From Epiperipatus broadwayi (lineage: Eukaryota; Animalia; Onychophora), in contig JAQFVV010000005.1 in NCBI GenBank assembly GCA_028023455.1, positions 13,826,001-13,890,000 on the forward strand: a stretch of DNA of 64,000 nucleotides. The letters run 5' to 3'. Position 1 is the first letter of the stretch; the number at the start of each line of letters is the position of its first letter. Of the stretch, positions 38,161-52,254 are shown in pieces. A program made the position numbers and the translations under genes. The notes beneath the pieces were generated by a model, which was not told the origin of the DNA, did no database searches, and saw only the letters and a list, made by a program, of their open reading frames with translations.

Positions 38161-41100
38161 TTTTACAGATAAATCCTAGAAATAATAACAAGTATCAAAT
38201 AGACATTAATGTTAAACCTGAATTTAAAATGGTTAAATTACTGAAAGTTTCTCATTAAATAATACTTCATTATTCATATGGAAATATTTATTTTAATTTG
38301 TGCTTATTTGGGAAAAAAATACTGATGCTCAAATGTTTATTTAATGAAGAAATATAAAAATTATAGTTGTATTCACAAATGTAATACCTTTAAAATATAT
38401 CAGAACAATTAACTATATTTTCAAATAAACTTGAAAAAAATCAGTTTTAGTGACAACAGTTAATCTTATAAAAACTTAAAATATAAATCACATTAATTCT
38501 CATAATTCGTCATGAAGTGTTTGTTTATATCTTTCAGAATACTACTAATGGTTTGGGAATCATTGAGCTAGATATCAGAGTTTCATTCTGCCAAATTATT
38601 ACAATATTTTAAGAATGGTAATCTGTAAGTTGAGGACATTAACTAAAAATAGAGGAATGAGATCTGCAGGGACCAACTGTGGACAGAAATCAATGTTTAC
38701 TGAAAGAAAGCAAAAAATATTGGAAATGAGAATAACCACAAACTAGCAGAACAACTCAATATAGAGATTAGCTTTTAATACATATCAGTATCTTCTAAAA
38801 TAATCTGGCATGAACTTCACCATAGAAAGTCTGTGCCCAAACTGTTATTTCAAGCTACTGTTTTATATTGGGAATTCTGATGCAGAAGTAAATAATATCA
38901 CAAATACAATCTAGTTGCATCTAAAAGCATATTGTATGCTTAGACAAATCCTCAGTTACACTGCTTCTAACTAATGAATTTCTGCATGATGTCTCCAAAA
39001 TAAGTCCATTAAACAGAATGCGTTCCTTCAGTTGTAAAAAAACAATAATATTCTTATGACTTGATCAGCATATCACTGTCTATATATATCACAAATGAAG
39101 TGTGTGATTAAACTTTTTAGAGCCTATTAGGTTCATTTCTTGGTTTAAAACTGACTATGTCATGTCATGTTTCAGGATAATCAAAGTCAGTTGGTCTGGA
39201 AAATATATGAATATTATCCTCTCACAGGATTCCTAAATAATGTATTGCTAAGGTTCTGTAGAGAATTCTGAATCATTCAAAAGATTGATCTTGAATGACT
39301 TATCTAAACAAGATGTATTCTCTACAAGAATTGGCATAATATTCTAATAAACAATCATTCAGATGTTATATAGCTCCATCCCATGAAGAAAACAAGTTCT
39401 TGATGCAAAATATAGTCCTATATTCTATTACTAAAAATATCAATAATACTTTTATCATTTTTACCTCTATATATTGTAACCGTAAAATCATACCGATTCG
39501 CTGCGGCACTCTAAATTGTAACCATTTGGTTGTGTGGTCCCAACTACGTAACGTAAGTGCACTAAGAATTGTAACCTTGATCACTGATCAACTCTCACTC
39601 AATTATTGTCAGCTATTAAAAGCTGTATCCAAAAACATATCATGCTATCTATTTTATGCACCTAAGACCACAATCAACATCTGGAGCAACTTACTATAGA
39701 CCAAACTAATGATCTAACATAAACTCTTATATTTAATTTGATCGCAGCCAGGGTGTACCGCGAAGAACTATCATAGTAGTATGATAAATACATTAAACAA
39801 ATTATAAGTGCAATGTTATTACTTTTAAACCTTAATTTGCGATTTTTATTGTATGAGACCCGATGGCCGACCATGTACAAGATGGCGTAATTTGTAGAAT
39901 TACATAAGATTATGAAATTTTAAATCATCTATATGATTGCTAATACAAATGCTAGTCCAGGTAAAGCTTTGCAATAAATAAATATAAATACTTGGGTTCT
40001 TTTTATTTTTATAGTTTACTATATCACTGAGACTCTTATTATATTGACAAATGACAATTTAAAAACGTTAAGTAAATATATTCAATCTTGTCATTATTTG
40101 GTAAATCTGTTTACAAGTTTAATAATTAATTTGTATACTAGAATCAACTACGCAAAGCCAAAATGATGGAAAAGGTAAATGGGATTTTATTGTACCTTAC
40201 ACATCATAAACTACCAAAGACGAGAAGCATCTAAATGTTTTCTCAAAATATTAATAAACTCTTATCATGTTGATGATAGTATGTACTTCAATGTATGCTC
40301 TATCCAAGGTTTATGATTTCTGATTTTAAGAATGACACATAGCAACGGCACAGTAAGTTTAATTAAAATCAACTTTTATTTACAAAATGATTAATAATAA
40401 GTAATTAATTCCCAACGTAATAATTAAATAAATAAATAAACAAACAAATAAGATAAATAACTTAAAATTCCATCAACTTTCTTCAAGAACATGTTATAGG
40501 TACAGTTTTAAAATCTAATCATACCTTATATTTCAAATTTTTATGTAGTGAATGTATTGAAAAAAATTATACTAAATTCAATATCCATTCATGAGATATT
40601 CAACGTCATTTCCAGATTCAATAAATCCCTACCGTAAACTTATAATAATAAATAATATTATATCTGTAAGCTTTAGCTATAATGTAATCATTAAGTAAAA
40701 TGGAAATTTAAACTTACATCCCGGTAAATAATAATTAACCAACAGTTAATTATTTTGAGGTAACTTGATTAGAATGTCCTGCTACCATTTGATGATTTAA
40801 CTTAACAATTATACTGATAAATGAAAGAAGATGATTTAGCAGATCAACTAAAATCTTTTGCCCAACTTAGATCTATGAAGTAAACATATTCCTGTGGATG
40901 TATTCATCTACACGAAGGAATTAAATAATTTATACCATCATAACGCAATAAGTACAAATACACCATTCCGCGGATTAACCACCAGCGCAGGAATGAGTAT
41001 AAAATACCAAAATTGGCAATTAAATAATCTGCGGATTAACCACCAGCACAGATTAATGCCCTTTAACATTATAAAAAACAACATTACCATTTACTTCACA

Positions 41101-43396
41101 TTAAAGTGCCAAATCATCACCCTCAGTTATTCCGACTATTCAGAAAACACTAACACTTTAGCAAATATGGGTTCTTGTATAATAAAATGCTAAGCTAATC
41201 AGGACGACTAATGTACTAACTTCTCTTACTTAAACTAAAACATGTGTAATATAATATAAGTAATAGTATTATATAGGAATACAAATCTGGAAAGATTAAC
41301 AAAATACCTCATCAAGATTTATACATCTCATGAATACACTTAGTACTTTTCAAGCTGTTTCGCGAGCGCTATTCTCTTGAATAAATATTTTATTCAACCC
41401 TTATTGATTTAAACTTAATAAAATATACTTAGGAACTTCACATGCAAGTTCCGATAACGATAAACGTAAAATAATGCATTATGCATCTAACATAAAATTT
41501 AACAGGTGTGTGTGTGATACAAATTAAATGTAAAGCATTTTACAGTTCAATACATGAATTATAACAAGTGTGTGTGTCACAACTTGGATTGTATAACGTT
41601 TTATAACTCCAAATATGATCCATGGGATCCATGTACGTTATGTCGAACAATAAATCTATGAAGCAATAATTATAACTATAATTTAATTCCGTACATGCAA
41701 TTTTATCCGTTGTATTGGTTATTATAATTAATATTTGATGAACAATTTTACGTAGCTCCTAAGACATGAACAACTTCAAAATATGAAACGCAGAATTTAA
41801 ATGAAAATGTTTTTCATTAAGTTATTAATCTCTACATTTCTCTATTAAATGTTCCAATTTTATTACATCCATGCGAATATTTATCCATCCACGCTTAAAT
41901 ATATGAATATTAATTATAGCACTTAATTCAATCATTCCAAATTGACGATAAAATTAGAAATAGCTTTAATTAATTATTTGAAGATTATTTATTATCCAAA
42001 TGTTAAACAAATTAATTAGCAAATATATTACTGGCATTGTAGAATTAAATATCAATCAATACTATATTTTTTATTAGAATTAGAAACGGAAATATTTAAA
42101 ATATGTTGATAACTTTAACGTTTTACTTTACTTTAGACTTCTTTTTATTTAAAAAGCAAATTTTCATATTCATAACTTCTGTAATTAAAATACTTTTAAA
42201 TGTTTCCAAATTTTAAAATGATAAATATTTCAAAACATACCAAATTCTTGCAATCAATTCTTTTAAAATAGGAAGCTCCGACATTTCAAAATGTAATATT
42301 GGAAAATCTTACTATTGGCGATTTGATCCACTTGGCCAACCGACTTGAACAGACTTTTTTAATTTAGCAAGGCATCTTCTAATTAAATACCACTATGTTA
42401 TTTATGTTTATAGCAAACTTTGTGGTAGTCCGATTACTTATTTTTTTTACTTTAAAATAAGCTTGGCAAATTTACACTACTTGCCTTTACCATTTTCTTT
42501 TCATTCTCCTTCCAAAGCAAAACTATCAGACAATCCTCTTAAATTCGCGCTCTTTTCTTTTTACATTGAGACGCCTACGCAATTACTGTATTTATTTTTA
42601 ATAATTAATTTTAATTGAACAAATGGTTTTTTAATTCAATGGAAATAATAATTTAAGATCATTTTAAACAAATGAAACAAAATATTATTTTTAATAATAT
42701 TTTACCAAATTTTTATATGTGGTCAAATTTTTAAAAGTTAAACGTTTTGATATTAGTTAGTATATGGGAAGAAGCAAACTTAAATTTATTAAATAATGTA
42801 AGAGAGTAGTCTGTTCAAAGTGCAAATCAAGCCAATCAAATCACCAAAAGAAGAAAGAGAAATTTTTATACTAGTTACATCAAATAATATATTTTATACT
42901 AAAATATATGGTTACAATATAAATAGTGAAATAATCATTTCATAATAGTAGCACAATTTCATGGTAACAATATCATTTAGAAAAAAATATTATATATGAA
43001 GGTAGACATAACAGAAAATTAGCTAAAGAGGGGAAGAAATGTTATAAAATGATACTATAAGATTAATTATTTAAGAAATAATCAATTTATTTGAAAATTT
43101 GATATATAGTTTTATTTGAATACTTACATATTGCATTAACTAGTGTGTCTGTGCACTTGTTTATTTAGACTTACATGATCTATAAAAAATTAATTCATTA
43201 AAAGATTCCTGATTTTCTTAATAAAAAATTTTTTTTGTATGTTATTATATGCATATTTCAAATTTTGATAATTACTTACTTAATATATGATACTAATATA
43301 AACAGATACAAATGGACTTTCTTTCCATTAGCAAATTGTGGAAATTAGAAGTTGTTTAAGCATGGAATCTTTTCCAAATTAGAATAAAACTTGCTG

Positions 43397-43448
43397 AAGA
43401 AAGCTTGAAATGAAAGTGAACCAAGAAAGCTTGAAATGAAAGTGAACC
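43397..43448. repeat. perfect 26-bp tandem duplication
   Basis: AAGAAAGCTTGAAATGAAAGTGAACC twice. Confidence 0.95.
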
Positions 43449-43849
43449 ATTGTCTATCAAAAATGTGAATTTGAAATTATTGATTCATAAAAAAAAATAT
43501 GTAAATAAGTTCCTAGAAGATTCTCCATACAATAACTGCATTGGAAGCTTCACCCAACAATCTCTTTATGCATCTATCCCCAAAAGTTCATAGAATAAGT
43601 AAAGAAAAACTACCAACCCCAAACATGTAAAATAAAAATCTGCATTAGACGAATCTGAGAAATATTAAATTCAGTCATGATAAACTCACATCACTATTAT
43701 AGGAAGCAATGGCAGGAATATGTTATCTCAAAAAAGTTTTTAAATCTTGTAAATCTTCATAAAGATCAAGAAATTAGAAAGTACTAAATTGCAGTGCCAA
43801 TATTGATAATTTAAACATTTGAAATCACAGAACCTTCATTCACATGTGG

Positions 43850-44600
43850 ACATCAATGCGTTTTTCATTTTGCTGAAATACAAAATCAATCAGTCTCAAA
43901 TCATTTTTTTCATACTATTTAAGTGTTAACATTATGAGACCTCATAACTTTATGAGATGTTTTAGATTGGATTATAAAAAGGGATTAAGCAAACCAATTT
44001 ATAAATAATATTTCTCTGAGAATAAGGCAAACCATATTTTAATATTAGTTATGTGCCAGAATGGAATTTTATGGATCATAAAGTTCAGGTGGTTCCATTA
44101 TAACTTAATGAAGTTATCAAAATCTTAAAATTATATTATTAAAGTAATTCTTCTCTAAATCTATTGCCATTATCACTTTGATAATGATGTCATGAGTTTT
44201 TATGATCTTTGAAATGCTGATGCAAATTATGCCAATCATCAAAATGAGATATCAAAAGACTTTTAGAATTACTAAATGGTTTTCAGCAGTAAATGCAGAA
44301 TATATTACCCAGGATCTGAAATTTTTTTCTCCATTTTCAATATTTTATATATGCAAGATGGCATAAATCTACAATGAGAATCATTAACAGGATACTGAAA
44401 TGTTGAATCTATTTTAGAGGGTTCTTTAAGAATAATACTGGTCCATAATTCATCAATAATCATTGCTGGCCGTTTTCCTAGATCTGATGCAATATTTAAT
44501 ATTTTACCCTCTAATTTCTTATTCTCTTCAAACTCACATTCCATCAAAATTTCTTCCTCAGAATATTTTTCAGTATTAAATTGTAATTCATTACATTCAG
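43850..44600 (-). mobile_element. degraded hAT transposase, ZMYM1-like family with TTF-type zinc finger (N-terminal part)
   Basis: Across frameshifts: KEP..FQYPVNDSHCRF..YKIL/NGEKNFRSWVIYS..FDDWHNLHQHFKDHKNS..ELYDP*N, in the order typical of TTF-finger hAT transposases. Recognised by eye. Confidence 0.65.
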
Positions 44601-45223
44601 TATTTATTGCTTCTGTTTCTTGGTCTACCTTTTCTTGAATTACTTCTTTTCCATTTCTGTTTATGTTTACTAGTTAATTAGAAAGAGAGCCTAATAATTT
44701 CTGTAAATTTTTCTATTTTCTCACTGCTTTCGTTTTTGCCCATAAATTTATCCCTATGTCACAAAAATTTATTATTATTTGAGAAATCCTAGGACTCATT
44801 TCAGAAAAAATATATTTTTCAAAATTATTTTAAATTAAGATTCTTAATTATTTCCTTACATTCATAAAAGATAATCATAACAATCAACAAAGCAAAGAAG
44901 TATATAGTAGATATTATTTAGTTAGTGCTGAAGATGTTCAAATGTATAAATATATAACTTGTAACACAATTGACAACTGAAAATATATCTACACTGCTGA
45001 AGTTTAAGGCTACACTATCGTATACAGTAGCAAGTCCTATAGTAACATAGAAAATCCACCTCACATTATCAAACTATTCCAACAAAAGTGTTGTTATTGC
45101 ATATTGTGATTTCATTTCATTATATAATGAAACATCATCAATATTATTATCATTGTTTATTTCCTAAAATAAGTAGAAATGTAATCAAGTAATAACTATC
45201 TGGAAAATTTATGAGTTGATCTA

Positions 45224-46066
45224 TTATAACTCATGATAATATACTCATATTTTATAAGTTTGTTTTTGACAGACAAAAAATACATTGCACAGCATTTAAT
45301 TAACTAAACATGATTGTTTTGAAAAGATAATGTACTATTGTGATTTAAAAATAAACTATGTTTTTAAGTATCACTATCTATATTATTAGAAATGGTAATA
45401 GAAAGTCATATTCAAAATCAAAATGCTGCCTGCTATGGCTTTGGGCTAGCCCTGCATTTAAAATGAATTTAAATAATTATTTGATATGTGCACATGCCTT
45501 AGGCAGAGCAGGATACAGAAGAAAGAAATAAAATAATATTTCTGTAGTATAATTTTCATTACACCATTCTCATGCAAGACAGGGATTGGTTTTTCTCTGA
45601 TTTTAACACCCTATGAAGAGATGTAATCATAAACAAATGATCAAATACAAGTGAAAAAAATCATAAATCCTTAAGATGTACATTTTGTGCTGAACTAGCA
45701 CTCTTCAATTGGCCCAGACTATTTATAAACTCAGAAAAAAATATGCAAATTCAAAACAATTTGATTTATTAATTTACAAGTACTTACTGAAAAGTAATTT
45801 TTTTTAAATTTAACTTTCAAATATGTGTGTAATCCAATATTAAATCTAATTTCACAGCCATAAAAGATCAAAAATTGCCTTGAGAATTGTAAGCAAATAA
45901 GTAGACATTTCAGACATGTAGAATCAAGTGGAAAAGATTTCTGGCAATGTTTGATATAAGGCATCTGATCCAAATGTTTATTCTTATACAATATCTATAT
46001 GAAGGTATGAAAGGAAACATTACTGGTGGTTCAAAATCTAAGCAAGTGAAACAAAAACTAGTAATG
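45224..46066. repeat. unclassified interspersed repeat; inverted copy at 61415-61481 + 63210-64000
   Basis: ORF 45731-45991(-) matches 63219-63493(+). ACCACCAGTAATG block is shared. The second copy is split by an insertion and runs off the window. Confidence 0.9.
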
Positions 46067-47226
46067 AGATGCATATGCCAAGCTATAGTAAACAATATCT
46101 AGGATGCCAGATTGGGAGGGAGGAGGTAATACTGATACATTATTCTGATGTATTTTTATTTTATCAATGGGTCATACAAAATTTAATTATTCATTTTATT
46201 TAAGAGCTACATAGCTATTACCTATATGGTATCGATGGAAGATAGGAATCAAATATTTGGCTGTATGTGTTCTATTTCCAAGTTTGTTTTCCATATTTAT
46301 GACAAAGTTTTTGGAATAATTTCTAGGTTTCATGAAGAAAATATCAAGATGCGATATAGGTTTGAACAGATTAAAAGCAAAAATAAAAATTGTTTTGGTT
46401 TTTAGATTAATAGTATAATGAGAATATGCCATTTTTGTGCCAATTTAAATGCAATCAAAAAAAAACTTTCGTTTAGTAAACGATGCTCTTTAAAACTCAG
46501 ATACTTTACTACAAAATAATGGGGAAAAAATTTTCAGCAAATTTTAGTTTCAACAATATAATTAGTGATGTGAATTACAATAATTTAATATCTTGCTAAG
46601 ATTTTTTTAGATAAAAAAGTAGATTAAGATATTGAGGTTCAACAAGACTTCAAAGTGCTGTATTTAACATGTTAAAAGATGGGGGCATTCAAGTTAAGAG
46701 ATAGAGTAATATTTGGTCGGTTAATGAGTAAATAGTTATTCATGAGTAGATGATAAAACAAGAACGCAAAATCACTCAAATGCTCACCATTTAACAACTG
46801 ACAGGCTTAGTAAGTACTGCCAGCTTCTTCACTGTCTCTATATTGTTATATAGGGGGGGGGGTCTTTGTTCCATAGTAGAATTAAAGGTTTTTTTTTTAA
46901 ATCTCTATTTTATATATATTTTTAAAGTTTCTATGATGCAGCAAGTCAGAAATCTTTGAAATTTTATTTCTCTACATCTTTTTTTCTAACCTATTCCTTC
47001 CAGTTTTATCAATAGAATATCTTAATTCATTGTTAAATCATAGATAAATATCTACTTTTGATAGAATTCACATCTCTTTTACTATATTTCACTCTTTTAC
47101 TTCTTCCATAACCAACTATATTTTATTACAGCATTTTCTAAAATTACTTTAAATAAATTCAACTATTTGGATCTATCAAATAGAAAAATACTATTACTTA
47201 TTTTCACAACTAAGAAGTCTGAAAAT

Positions 47227-47744
47227 TTTCCAAAACTTTATTTTTTCATCACCATATGAACATATTTACTTGTTTAAATATCTAACATTTCAATCACTTA
47301 ATTTGTAGTCATTTTCAAGGCTCTACAAAATACATATTTATACCTTTATAATTATCAATATAATTACAAATAAAATAACAAATATAAAAATGCATCTATC
47401 CTTGTTGTAAAAAACAATATTTCCCTTTCATTTATCAATTCATCTTCTTTACATATACTACATCATATGTACACTTCACTTACTTCTTTACTCCCCAAAC
47501 TTTTCTTTTTGTACATATACACCTCTTTTTTTTTTCAAAAAAAGATGTATTTATAAATGAAAGGGAACTGTTTTTTATGATAAGGAGAGATGCATTTTTA
47601 TATTTATTTATAATTGTATTGATAATTGTAAAATGTAAATATGTATTTTGTAGATCCTTGAAAATGACTACAAATGAATTGGTGGAAATATTGAATGTTT
47701 AAACAAGTAAATATATATATGTTGATGAAAAAATTTTTTGGAAA
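47227..47744. repeat. imperfect long inverted repeat (arms ~47227-47444 and ~47544-47744)
   Basis: ATTTGTAGTCATTTTCAAGG..CTACAAAATACATATTTA and AAAAATGCATCT..TTCCCTTTCATTTAT are mirrored in the right arm; spacer ~100 bp. Confidence 0.8.
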
Positions 47745-48862
47745 GAAAAAAGCAGTATACATTTTTTGACTGGATTTAGTGGAAAAGAACATTATATTTT
47801 ATAAGTCATATATATTTGAAAGAAAAAAAAAGTGTGTGCTGTTATTAAAAAAGGATTTAATGGCAGTAATAATAAGTAAAATATATTATTAATATACTAT
47901 TTTCTTTATAAATGGATTGCCAATCTTTCTTCTCTTACATTTTTAATCCAAGCTCCATGTGCACAATTTTACTGTTTTGTTGTTGATTTTTACAAGCAGC
48001 CAGCTCATTGCCAATCTAATCGAATTATTCTATTATTGGAAAGGAAATAATACTTAGTTTTGAGAAGGAAACAAAGTAAAAAAAAAAACTAAGCCTTCAG
48101 CAATCGACAATAGACTAACCTGATGAATAAGGTACCGCCTTTCTTTGGAGAATTGACGTTATGTGTTTTGCAAGTGATTACCGATTGTTTTAACTTAAAA
48201 TTACTTAGATATGATGTAAATTGTAAACCATTAAGGATTAAGAAATGAACAGCACTTATATTCAAATCAAACTATTAGTTTGAATATTGGAACTGTCATG
48301 TAACTTCGAATTATGAAAGCATTAAATTTATATTAAGAATGGTAAATTTACTTTAATAAATTACTATATTTAAATACAGTATAATGCGTTAAAATCTGAT
48401 TTAGATACGAAATGAGATTACGAAAAGAAATATCGTCACGCATAACTAAATAGAAGTATAGAAAAAAACAATTTTACTGGTACAATGAAAAGATATTACA
48501 CAAAAGGTATAAATAATAATACTTAAAGTAAAATTTACTATACCTATTGTTATAAAAGTTTTTAAAAATAAATACTGTAATGTATGACAAATATCTTACT
48601 TTGACTTACGTGTACCTAACACACAAAGAAAACGTCGCCATCTTATTTTTGTTCACGTGATCATTAACACTTACTGAGGCTCTGAGATTCGAAATTTATG
48701 GCAGACTTTAGGTATTGTTTGTAAGGTGAACTTTAAATTAAGATAATGGATCTAAATATATTTTAGTATAAAATTGAATACATATAAACCTAATACACAA
48801 ACAAATATGTATATTACTTTTTTTAAAAATAAATACAAAAGTTACAATTTTTTGTTTTAATG

Positions 48863-49048
48863 ATTACGATAGAATGACAGCCTGTTAAGCTAATTACGCA
48901 GACGCTCTGAGAATGTTATTAATAAATGAATACCTTCGAACAACCACATGATATAGTATTTATATAAGAGTAAAAAGGTATTCATTTATTAATAACATTC
49001 TCACAACGTCTGCGCAATTAGCTTAACAGGCTGTCATTCTATCGTAAT
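48863..49048. mobile_element. MITE-like foldback: 74-bp arms, 38-bp spacer
   Basis: 48863-48936 is the near-perfect reverse complement of 48975-49048. No clear TSD. Confidence 0.6.
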
Positions 49049-50704
49049 TATAATCGCACGGAAGACGTTATAAAATAAAGGCTTGTTTTAATGATTGTAA
49101 AATGATTTAATAAAAACATTGAATTCAATTTTTGTATTAAAAAAAAATCAAAGCACTGTTAGGAACAAATTATCCCTTCTTTAAAAAATTAATCTTAATA
49201 CATTATAAATAAATCACTATTTCATTGCTTTTTATTATAAAAAAGTTATCTTTTTTTCCTTGACAAATCTTCCAGAATGTATAAACGCCAACTGTTGAAA
49301 CACGTGCAGATTTAATGAACAGTTATAGCTATAGAAATTTTCATCTGTTGCCACAATTACTGCGGCTATAAATAAGCAAAGAACAGTAAAAACAATTGGA
49401 AATGCAATAGACCTGTTTTTCCAAACAAGAAATTCAAACATTTTAATGTTTTGAATCTCTTGATAGCAAAAAGTCTCCTAAAAGTGCCTTAATTTGCTTA
49501 CGAAGCATGTAATGACCTATAGCAGGTAGTTTTAACTTATTCTTTTTTCTGTGTTAGCGTGACATCCGACAATTTTTCATGGCAATATCAAGAGATCCAG
49601 AAAATTGCACAAAAAAGCCAAAATTGATTTTGATGCTTTTTCAGTGTTTCAAGGTATAACTAACTTTTATTTTATCTTTATTTATATAAAGAGTAAAAAA
49701 GAAAGAGGAAGTATGGACATTATTATAACTAATAATATGAAAAGACTATGAATATGGAGCGGCAAGGGCTCTGAAAGCGCTAAGTCTGTAAAACAGAATA
49801 TATATACAAAAGATTACAAATTATTACGTAAAAAGTTTCACCGCAACGCATCAGCGTATTATTATTAATTACAAAGTGAAGGTGAAATAAAATTTAATAT
49901 TAAAATAAAGTATTTATAATGATTTATCTACTTCTTAATTATAATGTTTTTGGATCTGACAAAGATTTTTTTGCAAATTCACGATTCGTAAGACTTGACT
50001 ACAGATTTATCAAGTTCATTGGCATCAATCAAAGCTTCACCAAAATATTTTTGTCTGCATGTTTTTAATCAGTTACAAACCTTTTATAATGACGAGAATT
50101 ATGTAGTAACATTCATGGCAAAATTCATTTCAAAGACCATGAATGGCTAGAACTTAGCGAGATCAAAAACTTGTTGATTGCATATAAAAATACCAATTAG
50201 TGTAATTTTTATATCGTTTTATAATAAGTTGCATAATTTTGCCTATGTAGCTAACACAATATAAAAATAAATTTTATTGTGGTTTATTTGAATTAAATAG
50301 AGATCAAAATTTTCTTATTTGACTGACTAATAAGCATTGGTTTTTCTTGAGCATAATCAGTGCTCTTTAACTTTTCAAGCACAGCAATGTGGATCCAATA
50401 ACAATATTACACAACTTTTACAATAGCTTCCAAGAGCAGTTATCTTCATCATACACTAGAGGTATTTACTATATGCTTAAATAATCAATAAATGTCAGAT
50501 GATATACTGTTCAAGACCAGTCTCCTGCCTTTGTCATTGAAGACTAGAATTGAATGCAGGAAATAATGCAACTATCAATTATTTTTTATTTTTTGCTACA
50601 AAAAGTAAACATCATATGATAATCTCATATATTTCTAAGAACAGTTGTCTTCATTTTATTCTAGATGTATCTATAATCTTAAATAATCAATGAGCAGCAG
50701 ATGT

Positions 50705-51490
50705 CCATCATCATTTATCATTTTATCTCTTATCAATCCATTGCAGAAAAGTCTCCAAATTTAATGCAGTTTTTTCAATCTATGGCTTCTCCACATAATA
50801 CCACCAAACTTGTGTTCTCTTTCTAGGATTTTTATAATCTCCTAAGATAAACATTTAAGCGCTTGATGATACTAAGTAAGAAAGAAAAGCTTAATAGTGA
50901 AAGTCTTAATATAATATGCTTAGCATGCTTTCAATATCTTTGTCAAAATATAATCATAGCAATGAATAAATTATGGGCAGTATGTATTATATAAGTATTA
51001 TATGACTTGTATGCAAGGAGCCACATCTCTGAACATATTGCAACCAGCATCTATATGCATAGAAAAGAAATGATGCAAAATAAAGATGCTTGGCATATCA
51101 CCAGTGATGCCAAAGCTGTAAATAAATAAAAAATCCTACTTCCCCCTTTCTAAAAAGTGAGCCCTTTAAGCTTATTTGCATATGATTTATATGATATTTA
51201 TATCTACCACCCACAATTTATTAATTCCTATAATTACAATATTGCGACAAAGATAATTATTGAAAGCATGCTAAGTATATTATATTAACTGTTAAACGTT
51301 TGTTTCTTAGTATCTTCAAATGGCAATTACAGTTGCTTAAGAAAAAGTAAACTAACAGATTATAGAATATCTTAAAAATCCAATTTAAAACTTCAATTAT
51401 CCATTTGTTATCATCTTTTCTATTAATGTCACTTGTCCCCATTTGTCTTAATTCTTTCAATTATGTCAGTCATAGCAATTTGTTCTCTCA
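50705..51490 (-). mobile_element. two degraded RTE 3' fragments (~50705-50850 and ~51375-51490)
   Basis: TTATCAATCCATTGCAG..GTCTCCAA is the reverse complement of the RTE 3' end; RKDDNKWIIEVLNWI matches RRDDNRWTIEILNWI. Confidence 0.7.
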
Positions 51491-52254
51491 ACCATGTATT
51501 ATGTGATTCCTTTTTATTACTCATAATATAGTGTAATGGACAAGAGATCTGCAGTTATGCTAAACATCAATCAATAAAGGATGCCACTAGATTTACCATG
51601 TAGAATTTCCTATTTATGTTAGCAAATATTGTGTTACTAGTAGGATCAGGCTCAAAAGATGTTCAGTGTATTAATCCATATGAGAAATTTGTTTAATGGT
51701 GAACTGTCCACTTATAAACTCAACAACCATTACTAATATTTCTATATGATTGCTAGATCATGAAGAATCAACAGATTCAAACAATTTTCCCAGCAGCCTT
51801 CTCATCCTACATGTGTATTAAAAATAGGCAATAAATAATATATCTTACTTCAAGTAAATCTCATATAATGGTGATATAAAGTAAATTTTTGCTATATATA
51901 TATTGAAGCAGATAGATAAACTTAATTTTGTTTAGTAAAAATGAAACAGTAATTTGAGCGATAAGTATATATATTATAATTAAAACGATAATTTTATTGC
52001 TATGTTTATTGCTGGAAAATACATTTGCTTATATATTTGTAATTATTTTTATATATGTGTGTATTTAATGTGACAACAAAGAAAATGAGGAAGGTTCGAA
52101 ATACTGAAATAATCTTTGTTTAAATTCAGCTGGTTGCCTTTAATTAAAATTGTGAATCGCAATTAAGGTCGAAAACAAATCGTTTATCAGTTGTTGTCAA
52201 ATGATTTAAAATATCACATGATCACATTTCCTATACTAGCACATTAATTGTTGA

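Larger units (their letters stand above)
36390..38945. repeat. ~2.5-kb segment duplicated in inverted orientation at 57362-59891
   Basis: Near-identical reverse complements along the length: ORFs 37329-37520(+) = 58780-58971(-) and 36530-36727(-) = 59554-59751(+). Confidence 0.95.
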
